Shown one piece after another: positions 1 through 11,000 of a stretch of 20,000 nt of DNA (its first letter is position 1; every line of letters begins with the position of its first letter). The stretch is taken from NCBI GenBank assembly GCA_000934665.2, contig KZ538416.1:53821-73820 (forward strand), written 5' to 3'. Source of the stretch: Catajapyx aquilonaris (taxonomy: Eukaryota). The translations under genes were made by a program, and so were the position numbers. The notes below the pieces were generated by a model. That model was not told the DNA's origin. It did no database searches and saw nothing but the letters and a program-made list of their open reading frames with translations.

Positions 1-103
1 GACGGCAAACGTGAGGTTGGGATGCCGGGTGATCAGCTCCCTGGCTGTTGCCAGACCCACAATGCCTCCACCCACTATTGCCACATCATATTCATCTTCA
101 GGC
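1..103 (-). CDS. L2HGDH: L-2-hydroxyglutarate dehydrogenase, coding exon 2 (runs off the window edge)
   Basis: After acceptor ctggcag (AG at 105-104) the minus strand reads (M)[34 protein letters not shown]. This is an FAD-binding GxGxxG motif closely matching my recollection of L2HGDH ([26 protein letters not shown]). Confidence 0.88.
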
Positions 104-525
104 CTGCCAGTATTACACACAATATCAGAAATCTAACCAACAAACATGAACAATCAAGTGGAGGGATGGAATTGCCATTTCTAACATCCTACAAAAGAAA
201 GGCATAGTTGGCATAGATTAATTTTTTTTTACGGGTGCAACTGTGTGCGCATCCACACTCGCACAAGTCCATTGTCCCAACAACAATGTTGCCACAACTA
301 CTTCTCAGGAGCCTCTAAAGATTGTTTCAGAGCCTTAGCAACATCGCAAAAGTTTTTTGTTACCCCCTCAAGCTTAGTGTTGGAAACAATTTGCGCGGAC
401 TGTGTTGCACACTCAGTTGCGCTCATAAAAATGTTCGTCATAAGTGATATGGTCAAGTGTTGCTTATTAGGCTCAATCAGACTACATGCACCTGGATGAG
501 CAGCACTCAATATTATCACATACCA

Positions 526-1134
526 CAGGGTGGACAGAAAGTTTCGGACCCCTGCAAATTTGGGATTTTAATGTGTGTCCTTGGAGGAGACATTCTGAAT
601 GTGGAAATGCGTCATGTTGACTAATTTACCACGGTAGGACTGTTTACTGTCCTTTCGTACCAAAAAAATTATTTGAATGTAAAAATGGAGAGTACCAATG
701 TGAGGATTGGAAAGTAATGCATCTGCGTCAGCAATTTAATGCATTCCTTTTCATATTTTTATTGGACAAGGTTATAGACCAATGCAAAAAATAAGGTCAG
801 GAGTGAGTTCACAACATTTGACTGAAGGGGAACTCATGGAAAAGGGGTAATGTAAACCTTACCTGCTGCATAATATGACCAGGGGTCCTCCAAGGCAACA
901 AGCAAAATAAATGCAAAACAAATAGGATGTTTAGATGAGTCACAGAGGTGAAGTTATTAATGGAATTGCAGGAGCAAAGGTGCTCACATGTTCTCAAGAT
1001 TATGCTTTAAAAGAGAGTGTACATTAGAACTGCTTGTGGACTTTTAAAAGATGTGAAAAGAAGCTGTGAAATGTAGGGTTTAAAAAACTGGGGGGTGGGG
1101 GGGGGGTGTGTTACGAAACTTTCTGTCCACCATG
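526..1134. mobile_element. Tc1/mariner-type non-autonomous element (~610 bp, degenerate)
   Basis: TIRs CAGGGTGGACAGAAAGTTTCG / CGAAACTTTCTGTCCACCATG. TA follows the right end; the left flank is CA. Confidence 0.7.
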
Positions 1135-1380
1135 TAGTAGCAGACCCGTTGCCAAATTTTGGCAACACTGCCTGCTCCCCCCCCCTCCCCCACCCACTTG
1201 GACATAGTACGATATGCCACTACCAGTTGGCACATACCTGCCACTCTCAGGGCAAAAGGAATAGTCTACTACATGCACGTTGGTGATGAGTCACTGCATG
1301 GACAAAGTCCACCAGGGTGCTATAACTTATAATATTATTATCTATTATAGGTTTATTATAGCAGAACTCTTTGGTCCCAC

Positions 1381-1829
1381 CAGGGAGCATATACTACATA
1401 AGAAGCGCAAACTTCTGTAGGCGCCTTTGATGTTTGCGTCTCTCTGTTTATAGGGCGTTGCCAAGGCTGGCGGCCATCTTGAAGTGTGTGGTGCGCCAAC
1501 GAGGTATGAATAGGGTACAAGCAAAAATAGGGTCCGCCATCTTTGATGATTTTGGCGGCCATGGCAACTTCACGACAAGAACACGCGCGAATTTGAATTC
1601 GATATTGGAATGGGTAAGTAAATTGTTATTGCCATGTATTGCCATGGCAGCCAAAACCATCAAAGATGGCGGACCCCCGCGGACCTTGACGGCCTGCCTG
1701 TACCCTATTTATACCTCGTTGGCGCACCACACACTTCTAGATGGCCGCCAGCCTTGGCAACGCCCTATAAACAGAGAGACGTAAAAATCGAATGTTTGAC
1801 CCTCTTATGTACGTAGTATATGCTCCCTG
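1381..1829. mobile_element. Foldback MITE, P-element-like (449 bp)
   Basis: Termini CAGGGAGCATATACTAC...GTAGTATATGCTCCCTG with long internal inverted arms. Perfect 7-bp TSD GTCCCAC (1374-1380, 1830-1836). The superfamily is inferred from the CA..TG ends and TSD length. Confidence 0.85.
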
Positions 1830-1908
1830 GTCCCACCCTCTCTGACCACTATATGTCCTCTCATTGTTGAACAGGAAAAGTGAAAACTATGGTAACTACT
1901 ACCTAGGC

Positions 1909-2279
1909 CAGGGGTGGGCAAACCTTTTTCTCCCTGGGCCGCATAGGGATTTTAAAAAAATTGACGGGCCGCATCTAACAAATAAGAAATTTCAACTTGT
2001 AAAAAAGTTTGCAATTATATATCCATTGTTTTAAATGAACTTCCATTAATTGCATAAATTACCATTAAATTCTCTGAAAATCGATAAAATTAGCTAAATA
2101 TATTGATGAAAATGGCCTGTATAAATAAAAAACAATGTTTTTGTGGATTTAAAAGAATTAAAAAGAAAGGCATAGGCATAGAATTTTTAAATTTAAATTT
2201 TTCAACATTTTCAGGAATACCGAAATTTTTGCACGGGCCACACAATTTGTCTTCGTGGGCTGTAGTTTGCCCACCCTTG
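1909..2279. mobile_element. hAT (Charlie-like) MITE
   Basis: TIRs CAGGGGTGGGCAAAC / GTTTGCCCACCCTTG. Degenerate 8-bp TSD ACCTAGGC / ACATAAGC. Confidence 0.75.
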
Positions 2280-2654
2280 ACATAAGCAATGAGTCAACTT
2301 GTTTATAGAATGGCGTCATGCAGTCTATATTCTGTATATGATACTGCTGAATTTGTTGTTGTCATTGTTGTTGGGCTTTTCAGAGAAAATGGCTTATTCA
2401 GGGTATTTCTCAGGTCAAGTTGATGGTCCCAACTATGGAGACAGGGGAAAGTCAAAAGATTATAATCACCCTGGGCCATGTCAACAGTCCAAATATGAAA
2501 TATGGCAGAAGAAGCCCCAACACAGTGCCGAGTCTGGACTGGAGTTCGCATTAGCATCAGAAGTGACTGCAGGAAGTCCGTGGTTTACAAACGACCCGAC
2601 TTCTGGAGATATGTACTTACAAACGGGCTCCCAAGCTCCCCATAAGGATAATTA

Positions 2655-3348
2655 ATAATGGGGAAGTAGCCTTGGTCTGGGATTTGGGATTTTTGTTCAT
2701 AACTAGCTAGCCCATGCCTGTAAACATACATTCCATCACTCTGTTGCATCAAAATGACATTACTGGATAAATTACGGCACATTTAAAAGTGCCTTCAAAA
2801 TTGGCGGGAAAAATGCCCCGGCCGGGTGGTGCCAATCGAAAGGGTACACTGAAATGCCTGGTTGTAGTGGTTGACTGCGAGATATGAGTAATTTGACTTT
2901 GAATTAACCGCGGACACGACGGAAAGCATTCGCAAGGCGGCTGTAGGCCATCGAGGTGGAGAAAAGGGGGCCTTCATGTGCCGAATTCGGGTGACAGATG
3001 ATTCCTGCCAGTTGGCACCACTGTCAGCCCAGAAGCGACTTGAGCGGCCTGGAATAAATACGCGCCCCGGCCGCTATCTTGCTCACGGAATGGGACGGTT
3101 GCTAACAACAGCGAAGCATTTTACGACAATGACGGGGCGCATTCTATAACACCATTTTTGCGTTCATTTCACTTCGCGTGACGTCAACATTTTCTAGGGA
3201 AACAGTGACGTCACCATTTCCCTACATAAAAACCCCAATTACTCCGGAACTGAAACTGATATCTTAAAACGGAATATGGCAAAAAAATCCAAAAAATATG
3301 GGCGAATTTATTATGTAGTTTCCAAAATGAAGGCTACTTCCCCATTAT
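2655..3348. mobile_element. Unclassified non-autonomous TIR element (~690 bp)
   Basis: Perfect 19-bp inverted repeat ATAATGGGGAAGTAGCCTT (2655-2673) / AAGGCTACTTCCCCATTAT (3330-3348). The 2-bp TSD could be read as TA or AT. Confidence 0.65.
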
Positions 3349-3497
3349 CCCTCCATTCTCAATCATATCTGCGTACATCGACTGACACCAAGTTCAACAT
3401 AAATACCATATAATTAATAATAATTTGAGAACCGCTTTCTTCCATGCATGTAAACAAACCCAAATGATGTCAGTCGTTCATTGGCGCAGTGTCTTTA

Positions 3498-3613
3498 AGG
3501 CCCATTCACACAGGCCGTTGACGGTTTTGGTCTTTGGTCGCGTCGACGCCGCTGACCAATCATGACTCATGTAAGCAAGCACAACACCGTCGACAGCCTT
3601 TGTGAATGGGCCT
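3498..3613. mobile_element. PIF/Harbinger (Tourist-like) MITE, 116 bp
   Basis: TIRs AGGCCCATTCACA / TGTGAATGGGCCT, with a TTA TSD on both sides. Confidence 0.85.
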
Positions 3614-4114
3614 TTACACTAGCGGTTATTATTTTTATTTGAGTATATGCACTGTTCCTCCGGTATCAAGTTACGTACAAATCTAACTTACATTTTCAGG
3701 AATGTGATACCGTTTGTACACCAAGTCCTACCTGTATTTCATCAACTCTCCCCAATCCCTGCCCATAAATTTGGGCACTTAAACACCCTGTAGACTACAT
3801 ATTCTAACCCACACTGACATAATGACTGGGATCAATGAGGATGGAATTTTATTCCACACTGAATCTGAATCACTGAAACAAGGACATATAGTACGCCTAT
3901 CAATTTATTTCATGCGTATAGTGTTAGGTTATGTAATAATAATAATGGGGCAAAATTACATTACATGCCAGGAGAAGGTTCATTTTGCTTGTCGGCTGTA
4001 CCAATTTCAAACCACACCTCGTGTGCCTACTTGTTGTTGTCAATGATAAAACAGAACATGTTTTTAAATGCCTGGCATGATGTATGTACTCTTACTATAA
4101 CAGCTGCTATTTAC

Positions 4115-4218
4115 ATATCAGTTTCCAGTGGTGTTGTGCTCGCCGTTGCTAGTGTCCGGCGAGACGGTCCTAGGTGGTGCAGGATCCTGTATGACCGCGA
4201 CCGGATCAACCCGTACAT
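4115..4218 (-). CDS. L2HGDH: L2HGDH coding exon 1 (mitochondrial targeting peptide)
   Basis: ATG at 4218 gives MYGLIRSRSYRILHHLGPSRRTLATASTTPLETD, Arg/Ser/Thr-rich with no acidic residue in the first 31 aa. It ends AT|GTAAAT in phase 2, matching the single leftover G at the start of exon 2. Confidence 0.75.
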
Positions 4219-5021
4219 GCTAGCGACTGACTTGAGGTAGTGGTAGTACTGTACCTCTGACGAATACCCAGATGAAACGCAGACAGGTCGCCGGAACAGG
4301 CCGCGGCCTGAAGTGAATGGAAACTTTCGGTAGTTTCATATCCGATAGGATTGCCTGCTGTACTGTTTTGTACGTGGTACAAGACAGTACTATGCATGAC
4401 CCTTATCTCGGCAGTTCACTACGCCTTCAGTAACAGTCCTTGATGATCACCGTCTTAACTAACCAGCTAACTAATTAAAATATACCAGCACAAGCAGGGG
4501 CGGCAAAAACCTAAATAATGGACGTCACTGTGCCTGTTGGCTCCAATTAACATTTCCACGTATGTTTTTATGCCATCATTGTTGTCGTGGTGTTTGTGAC
4601 TTGCCGCCAATGAGAAAAATGGTCCGAAATATCGAGTGACTTTTGGTGGGAGCCTTTTCATTTCCCCGCGCGAAATACCTTATCGATACTATCCTCGCTA
4701 TTCGAATCATATTAGCTCAGCTCATCATCAGCTGTACAGTTGCATCCCAACTCTGTTTCTCATCCCTGCAGATGGATGCACTGTCCGAGCCTGCAGCCGG
4801 TTGGCTTCATCTCCGCCAGATCTATGGCACAGCCCCGCGCCGACGCACGAAGCAACAGAAGCAGCCCTGGAAAAATGTCGGGGGAGGATGCTGGTGGTAC
4901 AGGTGTGAAGTTGGGATGACAGGTGAAGTTGGGATGACAGGTGAAGTTGGGATGACAGGTGAAGTTGACAACCGCTGATTGAGAGGACGGCTGGCGAACA
5001 GCACGGTGCTAGGCCGCCACA
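4219..5021. promoter_or_regulatory. Putative bidirectional promoter / 5' UTR region shared by L2HGDH and unc-79
   Basis: 803 bp between divergent ATGs, relatively CpG-rich, with no recognisable TE. Contains the DRE palindrome TATCGATA (4681-4688) and E-box CAGCTG (4729-4734). Confidence 0.65.
4905..4967 (+). repeat. 18-bp minisatellite GTGAAGTTGGGATGACAG x3.5
   Basis: Identical units at 4905, 4923 and 4941, plus a partial unit at 4959-4967. Confidence 0.95.
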
Positions 5022-5043
5022 ATGGGCACCAGGGCGGCGGCAT
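5022..5043 (+). CDS. unc-79: unc-79 exon 1 (22-nt coding part)
   Basis: Strong Kozak context gccgccacaATGG. Encodes MGTRAAA+T, then donor GTACGT (phase 1). Confidence 0.92.
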
Positions 5044-8000
5044 GTACGTAACTGTTATACAGTATAGTCTGCGGCTGATGCATGCATCGGCATAGTCGTC
5101 TTAGCTCAGGTGGGAATGCAAGATGGCACGTTGTGGTTACAAGGCGAGCTAAAAAATTACTGGAAGCAGTCCTTGCCATTGCCCAGGATTTTCAATGCAA
5201 AAGCTGCTGTTAAACGTTAAAAGATATTTCTACCATCTAACATTTAAAAAAAAGCCAGTCAGGGACTTGTTATTGACACGTGCCTTTTATGGTGTTACAA
5301 TAAATAGAAAATATAATGTTCATGGGGTGACATTTATTGTTTAATACAGTGGTTTTCAACCTTTTACCGACTGCGACCCCCTAAACATGTTTCCATAATT
5401 GTGCGACCNNNNNNNNNNNNNNNACCCCTTCTACAACTGACCCATTTCCAGAAAACATACACTCTGTACGGCCGCAAAAATGGTTCAATTTACACAAATT
5501 GCAAAAAAAAAAGTTGAACAAAGGCTCGCGACCCCCCACGACCCTGCCTGCGACCCCCAGGTTGGAAACCACTGGTTTAATATGACGTGATTACTATTAT
5601 TATTTGATGTTTTCATTTTTCAGTCACGGCGAAGATCCGAAATCTGAATGACTTTCATCTCCGACTCCTTCACAACATTGTACCACTTCCCTCAGGCCAG
5701 GACATAGCCAACACCTTGAAGCATTTTTCCCAGACTCTTCTGGGTGTCTTGAAGGATGTTCCCAATTTTCCACTGGAGATGCTTAAGTGCCGCTCGCAAG
5801 ACACGGTGCGAATGTCCCTATTCCCAAGCCTCGATTACAAGGCCCTGTTTGGAGCCATAGTCCAGCTTCTGGAAATGGCTCCCGTTATCCAGCAAGGAGT
5901 GGAAACATTTGGACTTGGGATTTTCCATTCTCTCTCCTGCTTGCTGCCCTTCTTGGAGCATGAGTTGATTGACACCCTGCCTTATGTAGTAGCAAATTCT
6001 ATGGCCTGCCTGCCACCTTGCCTTCACCAGGAGATCATGAATATGCTATGTTACAGGCTTCTTCCAGTCACTCTATGTATGTTTCAATGCAAGTCATGAG
6101 TTTTGTGTTGGGATACCCAGGTATTTGTATTCAAACCTACAGGCATGGAAGAAGGGGAGACTGAGGCAGACAATTATGCAAGCCAATCTACTTCTGCTGT
6201 GCTCATGATGGTGCTTCAGTACTCGGACAAGACAGGTCAGTAGTTGAAGGGATATTGCGTCAGTAATTTTTATTCCTTGGAAAAACAGACCAACAAAGTT
6301 TCTTTCCTGTTTCATTATCAGGGATGTAAAAGGCAGGCAATAATGTTAATATACTGACATGGCATGGAATTTTTTTAAAATATTGGCAAAACTCGTGTGT
6401 TTCCCTATGAAGTAATGCTGTCTCTGTATGCCATTCACTTTTCTACCATTAGAGGAAAATAATTATTTGGCAACAAATAATAATTGGAATCCTTCGTGTG
6501 ACAAATTTTGCTTATCAACATTGCTTGCCTCTTATGACAAAAAAGCTCACCTTGGTATATTGATTTTGGTATTTAGGGCTTACCCCCAAACTTGCCAAAT
6601 GTCCACCAAAAAATTCTCCCCATGGGACTATTTTTAGCGGTTTTTATGTTGAAGTACATTATTAAATTTATTTTTATTCTTATTTTTTAATTGTACCCCA
6701 TGATAGAGCCTGTGGCTCTCTTAGGGGGGTGGGACACCACCATATTTTCTTAGTTATTTTTCATCTTTCTTTCGACTCCGGTGCAGGGAAATCAAGGACA
6801 TTGGGTAAGGATAGGGATTTTTGGGGATAATACTGATAAATGGGTCATGTGGTGTTCCCCAAGAGGTTAGGCCAGACACCTCCAAGGCATGGGACAGAGA
6901 CCCTCCTGACGCAGGTAAAAGGGAACTCCCAGGCGGGGATCGAACCTGGGACCTTTCATTCAGCAAGCCAAGACGTTACCGTCTCAGCCACCGCACCTCC
7001 CCGAAGTACATTATTTAATTACTGTTAACTGTGTGGATGGGGGGGAGGGATGAAAATTTATCATGTACAGAGAGAAAATGCTGAAAAAGAGCATGCTCCT
7101 AAGCATCTGGTGGAGTGAGGAGTGTCTAGAAACTCAAACCAGTACAGAGAGAGTTCTTTGTGCACTGGTATGTGACCAAAACTGCCATATCTTGACAGAT
7201 ATGTCCAGTATACAGGGTGTTTGTTACTAGTCCAGCATGCCGCCATCAGTGTATTCCTCGGGCCAAAAGAAGTCGAAAATGTAGGGGGGAGAAATGTCGA
7301 GGGAGCAACCTTTAATATGACCTTGACCAGAAACATTGGTCGATGGTTGCCGAAGGAGCAGGATATCAACGTGAAAAACGTGACTGTTAGGATTTGCAAG
7401 GTCACCTCTTTCGCAGAAGTGATTACCACCGCTCACATCCTGCAACTTCGGCAACCACCGCCTACTGTTTCTGGTTGTCTACCTGGTTAACGGTTGGTCC
7501 CTCGACATTTCTCCCCCCTACATTTTCGACTTGTTTTGGCCCAAGGAATACGCTGACGGCAGCATGCTGGACTAGTAAGAAACACCCTGTATGGACTTAA
7601 AATACACTTGATTCACTTCCATGTCGATAACACTTTGGCAATTTTTGCTGGGCTCTCCCAAAAGTAGTACAAAAAGTTCAAAATTATGTTTAATTAGGGT
7701 TAACAAAAACTCAGGACACGTAAAATATTGTGGGCATGTTAAATTTTTATGCACTGTGACGACAGTTTGCATCATACACGGTGATCAAACTTTTTTGTCA
7801 ATAACTAAAACGACAAAAATGTTTGATCACCCTGTATATCACATCTAAATGACAGCACTATAGTTAGCTTGCTGTTTTGATTCCAGAGTTCCACTGCCAA
7901 CTGACAGAGTGCCTGATGAGCCTGAAAGCTGATGTGGTGAAAGATGTGTATTGCGTGATTTCATATGGTACTCCAGTTGCCCAAGCTGCTGCAGCCACAC

Positions 8001-11000
8001 TTCTGGTCTACTACTGGCCTCATCTTGATCAGCACTTGTATGATCGGCGTGGGATCCAGTTCCCCTTTACTGGATGGAGGCCCATCAACTGTCAGTGGGA
8101 CCAGTGCTCCAATGGGAATAATATAGAGGCTGTTAAGGTCTGCCTAGATCACACACTGGCAGTCACTTGTGCCAATGACCCTCCACCACCATTGTATGCT
8201 TGCCAAGAATGTGCTACCAAGATTGTGCATGGCTACAACATGTCTCGCCACATATACGACATATTGCAACCCATGCCGCTGGTGTCCATGGCATGTGAGA
8301 ATAAAAACTGCCGCTCTGATGAAAGATCAGCAACCACTGTGTGCTTTGCAATGGACTGTGCATCCTTCCATGCCAATCGTCCAATCAGGTGGGTGGTGTT
8401 TGCATGTAAAGTAGGATTTACACTGAGCAACCTTGTCGGATAAGTTTGTGAAAATTACGTTGTCAAATTACAGTCACAAATGTGGTTCTGCGACTTGCCT
8501 TATGACTTCAAATTCTTCCTCTCTCTGTCATTGTGATTAATTATGTCTACTTGTCCTATAACTAGGTTGCTCAATATGAACCCTACCTTGGTTGGCCTAT
8601 GTTGTTAAACGTGAATTGACTAATCAAGGACAGATTAGTATTCCTTGGAAGATGAATTGTTGATAGTGGTATTATGCTAATTGCTGATGTGATAATGACC
8701 CAATGAAAAATACTTAATTCTTGAACTTGGCCACAGATACTGCTCCCAATGCCATGCTTTGCGTCACAACAATCGGCGAGGTGGTGATCACATGGTGCAT
8801 TCTTACCTGAAGCCTCCATGGGATGCTGATGCCGAGACCCAGATCTACATGGTGGAAGCTGTGGTCAGCTTGTTGAAGGCAACAGAGATAACCCGAGGGC
8901 CTAAGGGAACTGCATTTGGGGCAGGTTTTGGATTGGGGACCACCACTGGGATGGAAGCAGGAGCCGCCATGGCAGAAGATGCCGGGCAAAGCATTTCAGC
9001 AGAAGACAGACGATTACTGGGGAGATATGGCATATGGCTTTTGGTTGGTCTCTGCACTCCAACTGAGAAGACACCTACCGAGACTCTTGGGAGGCTACTC
9101 TCGATGCTGTTTCAGTGGTTTAATGCCACTGCATATCAAGCTAATGGTAGGTACATGTGGAGTTGGTGTTGATAAAGAGCCAATAGTGATAGCTATTGTT
9201 TTTGCATAAGACAAATGAGGCGCTCAGAGGAAAAACGGCATATCCCAACAGACCTCAGATTTTGAGATTGTAGTGCTTTTGTACACTCCTGCCATCTACC
9301 TTTCATGTGCTGAAGTCCCAAATGAATTGGGATATGCCAAAGCTCACATATTACACTTGTAAAATTGGTCCGCAATGGAAAATCCTATTATCTTGTAACA
9401 CAAAAAGCCTTTTATCTCAAAATAAACTCTGGTTGGGATATCCCGTTTTTTCTCTGAGCGCCTCAAATATGTTGCCAACTCAGGATGTAATAATGTGGTT
9501 TCATAGGCTGTGAATAATGTCTTGCCAAGACAATTTTGCAGCAGATGTCACCAAATGATAAAGGTTGCTGGGGGTGTATGCTTGAGCATTATGAACAGTA
9601 CTCAGACTCTGTGTTAATGTTTACCAACATTAGGTTTGGATCTGGATCCTAAGGCTGCACAATCTTCTCGCACATCACTTAACGTTCTTCTCTTTTGAAA
9701 TGAAAATAATATTTTTTGCAGTTAATTATTCTGACTCCTTTATTTCATTTATAATAATTGCTTACCTTCTGATAGGCCTGTGATTTCTTAGGGGATCTTT
9801 TTGAGACATAAAATATGGCTCTGAAGTTACATGACATATCAATGATACTCAGTGGCGTATTATTGTTTTGCTGCAACAAAGATGGGTGATGTGGTGGGAA
9901 GAGCAACAGTATGATGTTATAGCCAGCGGTTCTCCAAGAATGCACGTCTGGCACCTCCCACTTTTCAAATTTCTATGAACGACTCCTGGTTGCCAGATGG
10001 AATAAGTGATGTTTTTGAAAGACTGTTGTTACTTTATAAAACAATTGTATACAAAAATTTATCATATCTTAATATCAATTTACATATGAAAAGCACAAGC
10101 ACATGAATAATATTTTCTTTGCCAGTGTAATGTTTTTAATGAGATAATGTTCGCTTCACTGGGGAGGCGGAGTGGTGCTGCAGTAACGTATGCGCCCGGG
10201 GATGTTAAGGTCCTCTGTTCGATCCCAACCCGGGGTTTCCCCCTTCATCTCATCCAACGTTGGGTCGTCTCTGGCTTCGTCTCGGGTGGAATTTCCTTAG
10301 ACTAATCCACCTGGGGGAGTTCACAAAATGACATTAGCAATGACATTGCACTGTTCACTTCACTTGGTACCCTCACTTTCTCCTTGGAGCATGCGTGGAA
10401 ATTTGAAAAGTGGGAGGTGCCAGATGTGCATTCTCGGGGAACCGCTGGGTATAACATTTTGCCATAGCCTAGTGGATCTCTCAATTGTGGTCAGTAATTT
10501 ATGACATCTGCTAAACATCAGTTGATGATCTGCTTTCGGCATTGCAACCCAGCCAGTAACAAAGTGAATTAACATTGCATTGCGCTCAAGTTTTGTTTTA
10601 TTCTATAACTTGTGATGAGCATATTCATATATGAATCAGGGTTTGAAAAATTTGCCATTAACATGTCATTTGCTGATAAAATAGAAGTTTTTATGAAATA
10701 AAGATTAGCAACAGTTGTAGTGTGTAAGCAGCTTCCAATTTTCCTGGTAATATGATATTTTCTGATCAAGTAGTATTCCTTGCCTGCATAGTTGATTTGT
10801 TTTATAACGGCGATTAATAGCAGTGATTTTGCGATGACGTAGCAGCGACGTGTAAAATGTCCCACTTCGGCGCCATCGAAAATATTAGCTGCCCATAGCA
10901 GCACACATGTAAATCAACCCTGCTGCTGGGTTGACCTGGAAAAAAGGAGGTGCACACATGACCTGCGATGCGCCTGGGTGAAATGGGTGACGCCCAACGC

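Noticed and set aside
1149..1171. Short palindrome TTGCCAAATTTTGGCAA
   Set aside because: Too short, with no TSD. At most a collapsed TE remnant.
1434..1784. 116-aa ORF and mirrored opposite-strand ORFs
   Set aside because: They lie within the palindromic MITE. The similar peptides on both strands are an artefact of the inverted repeat.
2299..2655. 118-aa plus-strand ORF inside L2HGDH intron 1
   Set aside because: No recognisable homology or convincing exon structure. A (CAA)-like tract on the minus strand (~2354-2372) suggests a retroposon 3' remnant, but I could not establish this.
4467..4661. Minus-strand ORF MKRLPPKVTRYF... as an alternative L2HGDH first exon
   Set aside because: No good phase-2 donor. 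The 4218-4115 exon has a better targeting-peptide composition and a matching phase.
5409..5423. N runs (also 12579 and 17888-17898)
   Set aside because: Assembly gaps next to G/C runs; technical, not biological.
6930..7002. tRNA gene
   Set aside because: A/B boxes are present, but I see no convincing cloverleaf, and it is embedded in a TSD-flanked unit with an A-rich tail, i.e. a SINE head.
7061..7600. Cluster of 68-122 aa ORFs
   Set aside because: They overlap the 7213-7589 MITE and contain no transposase motifs.
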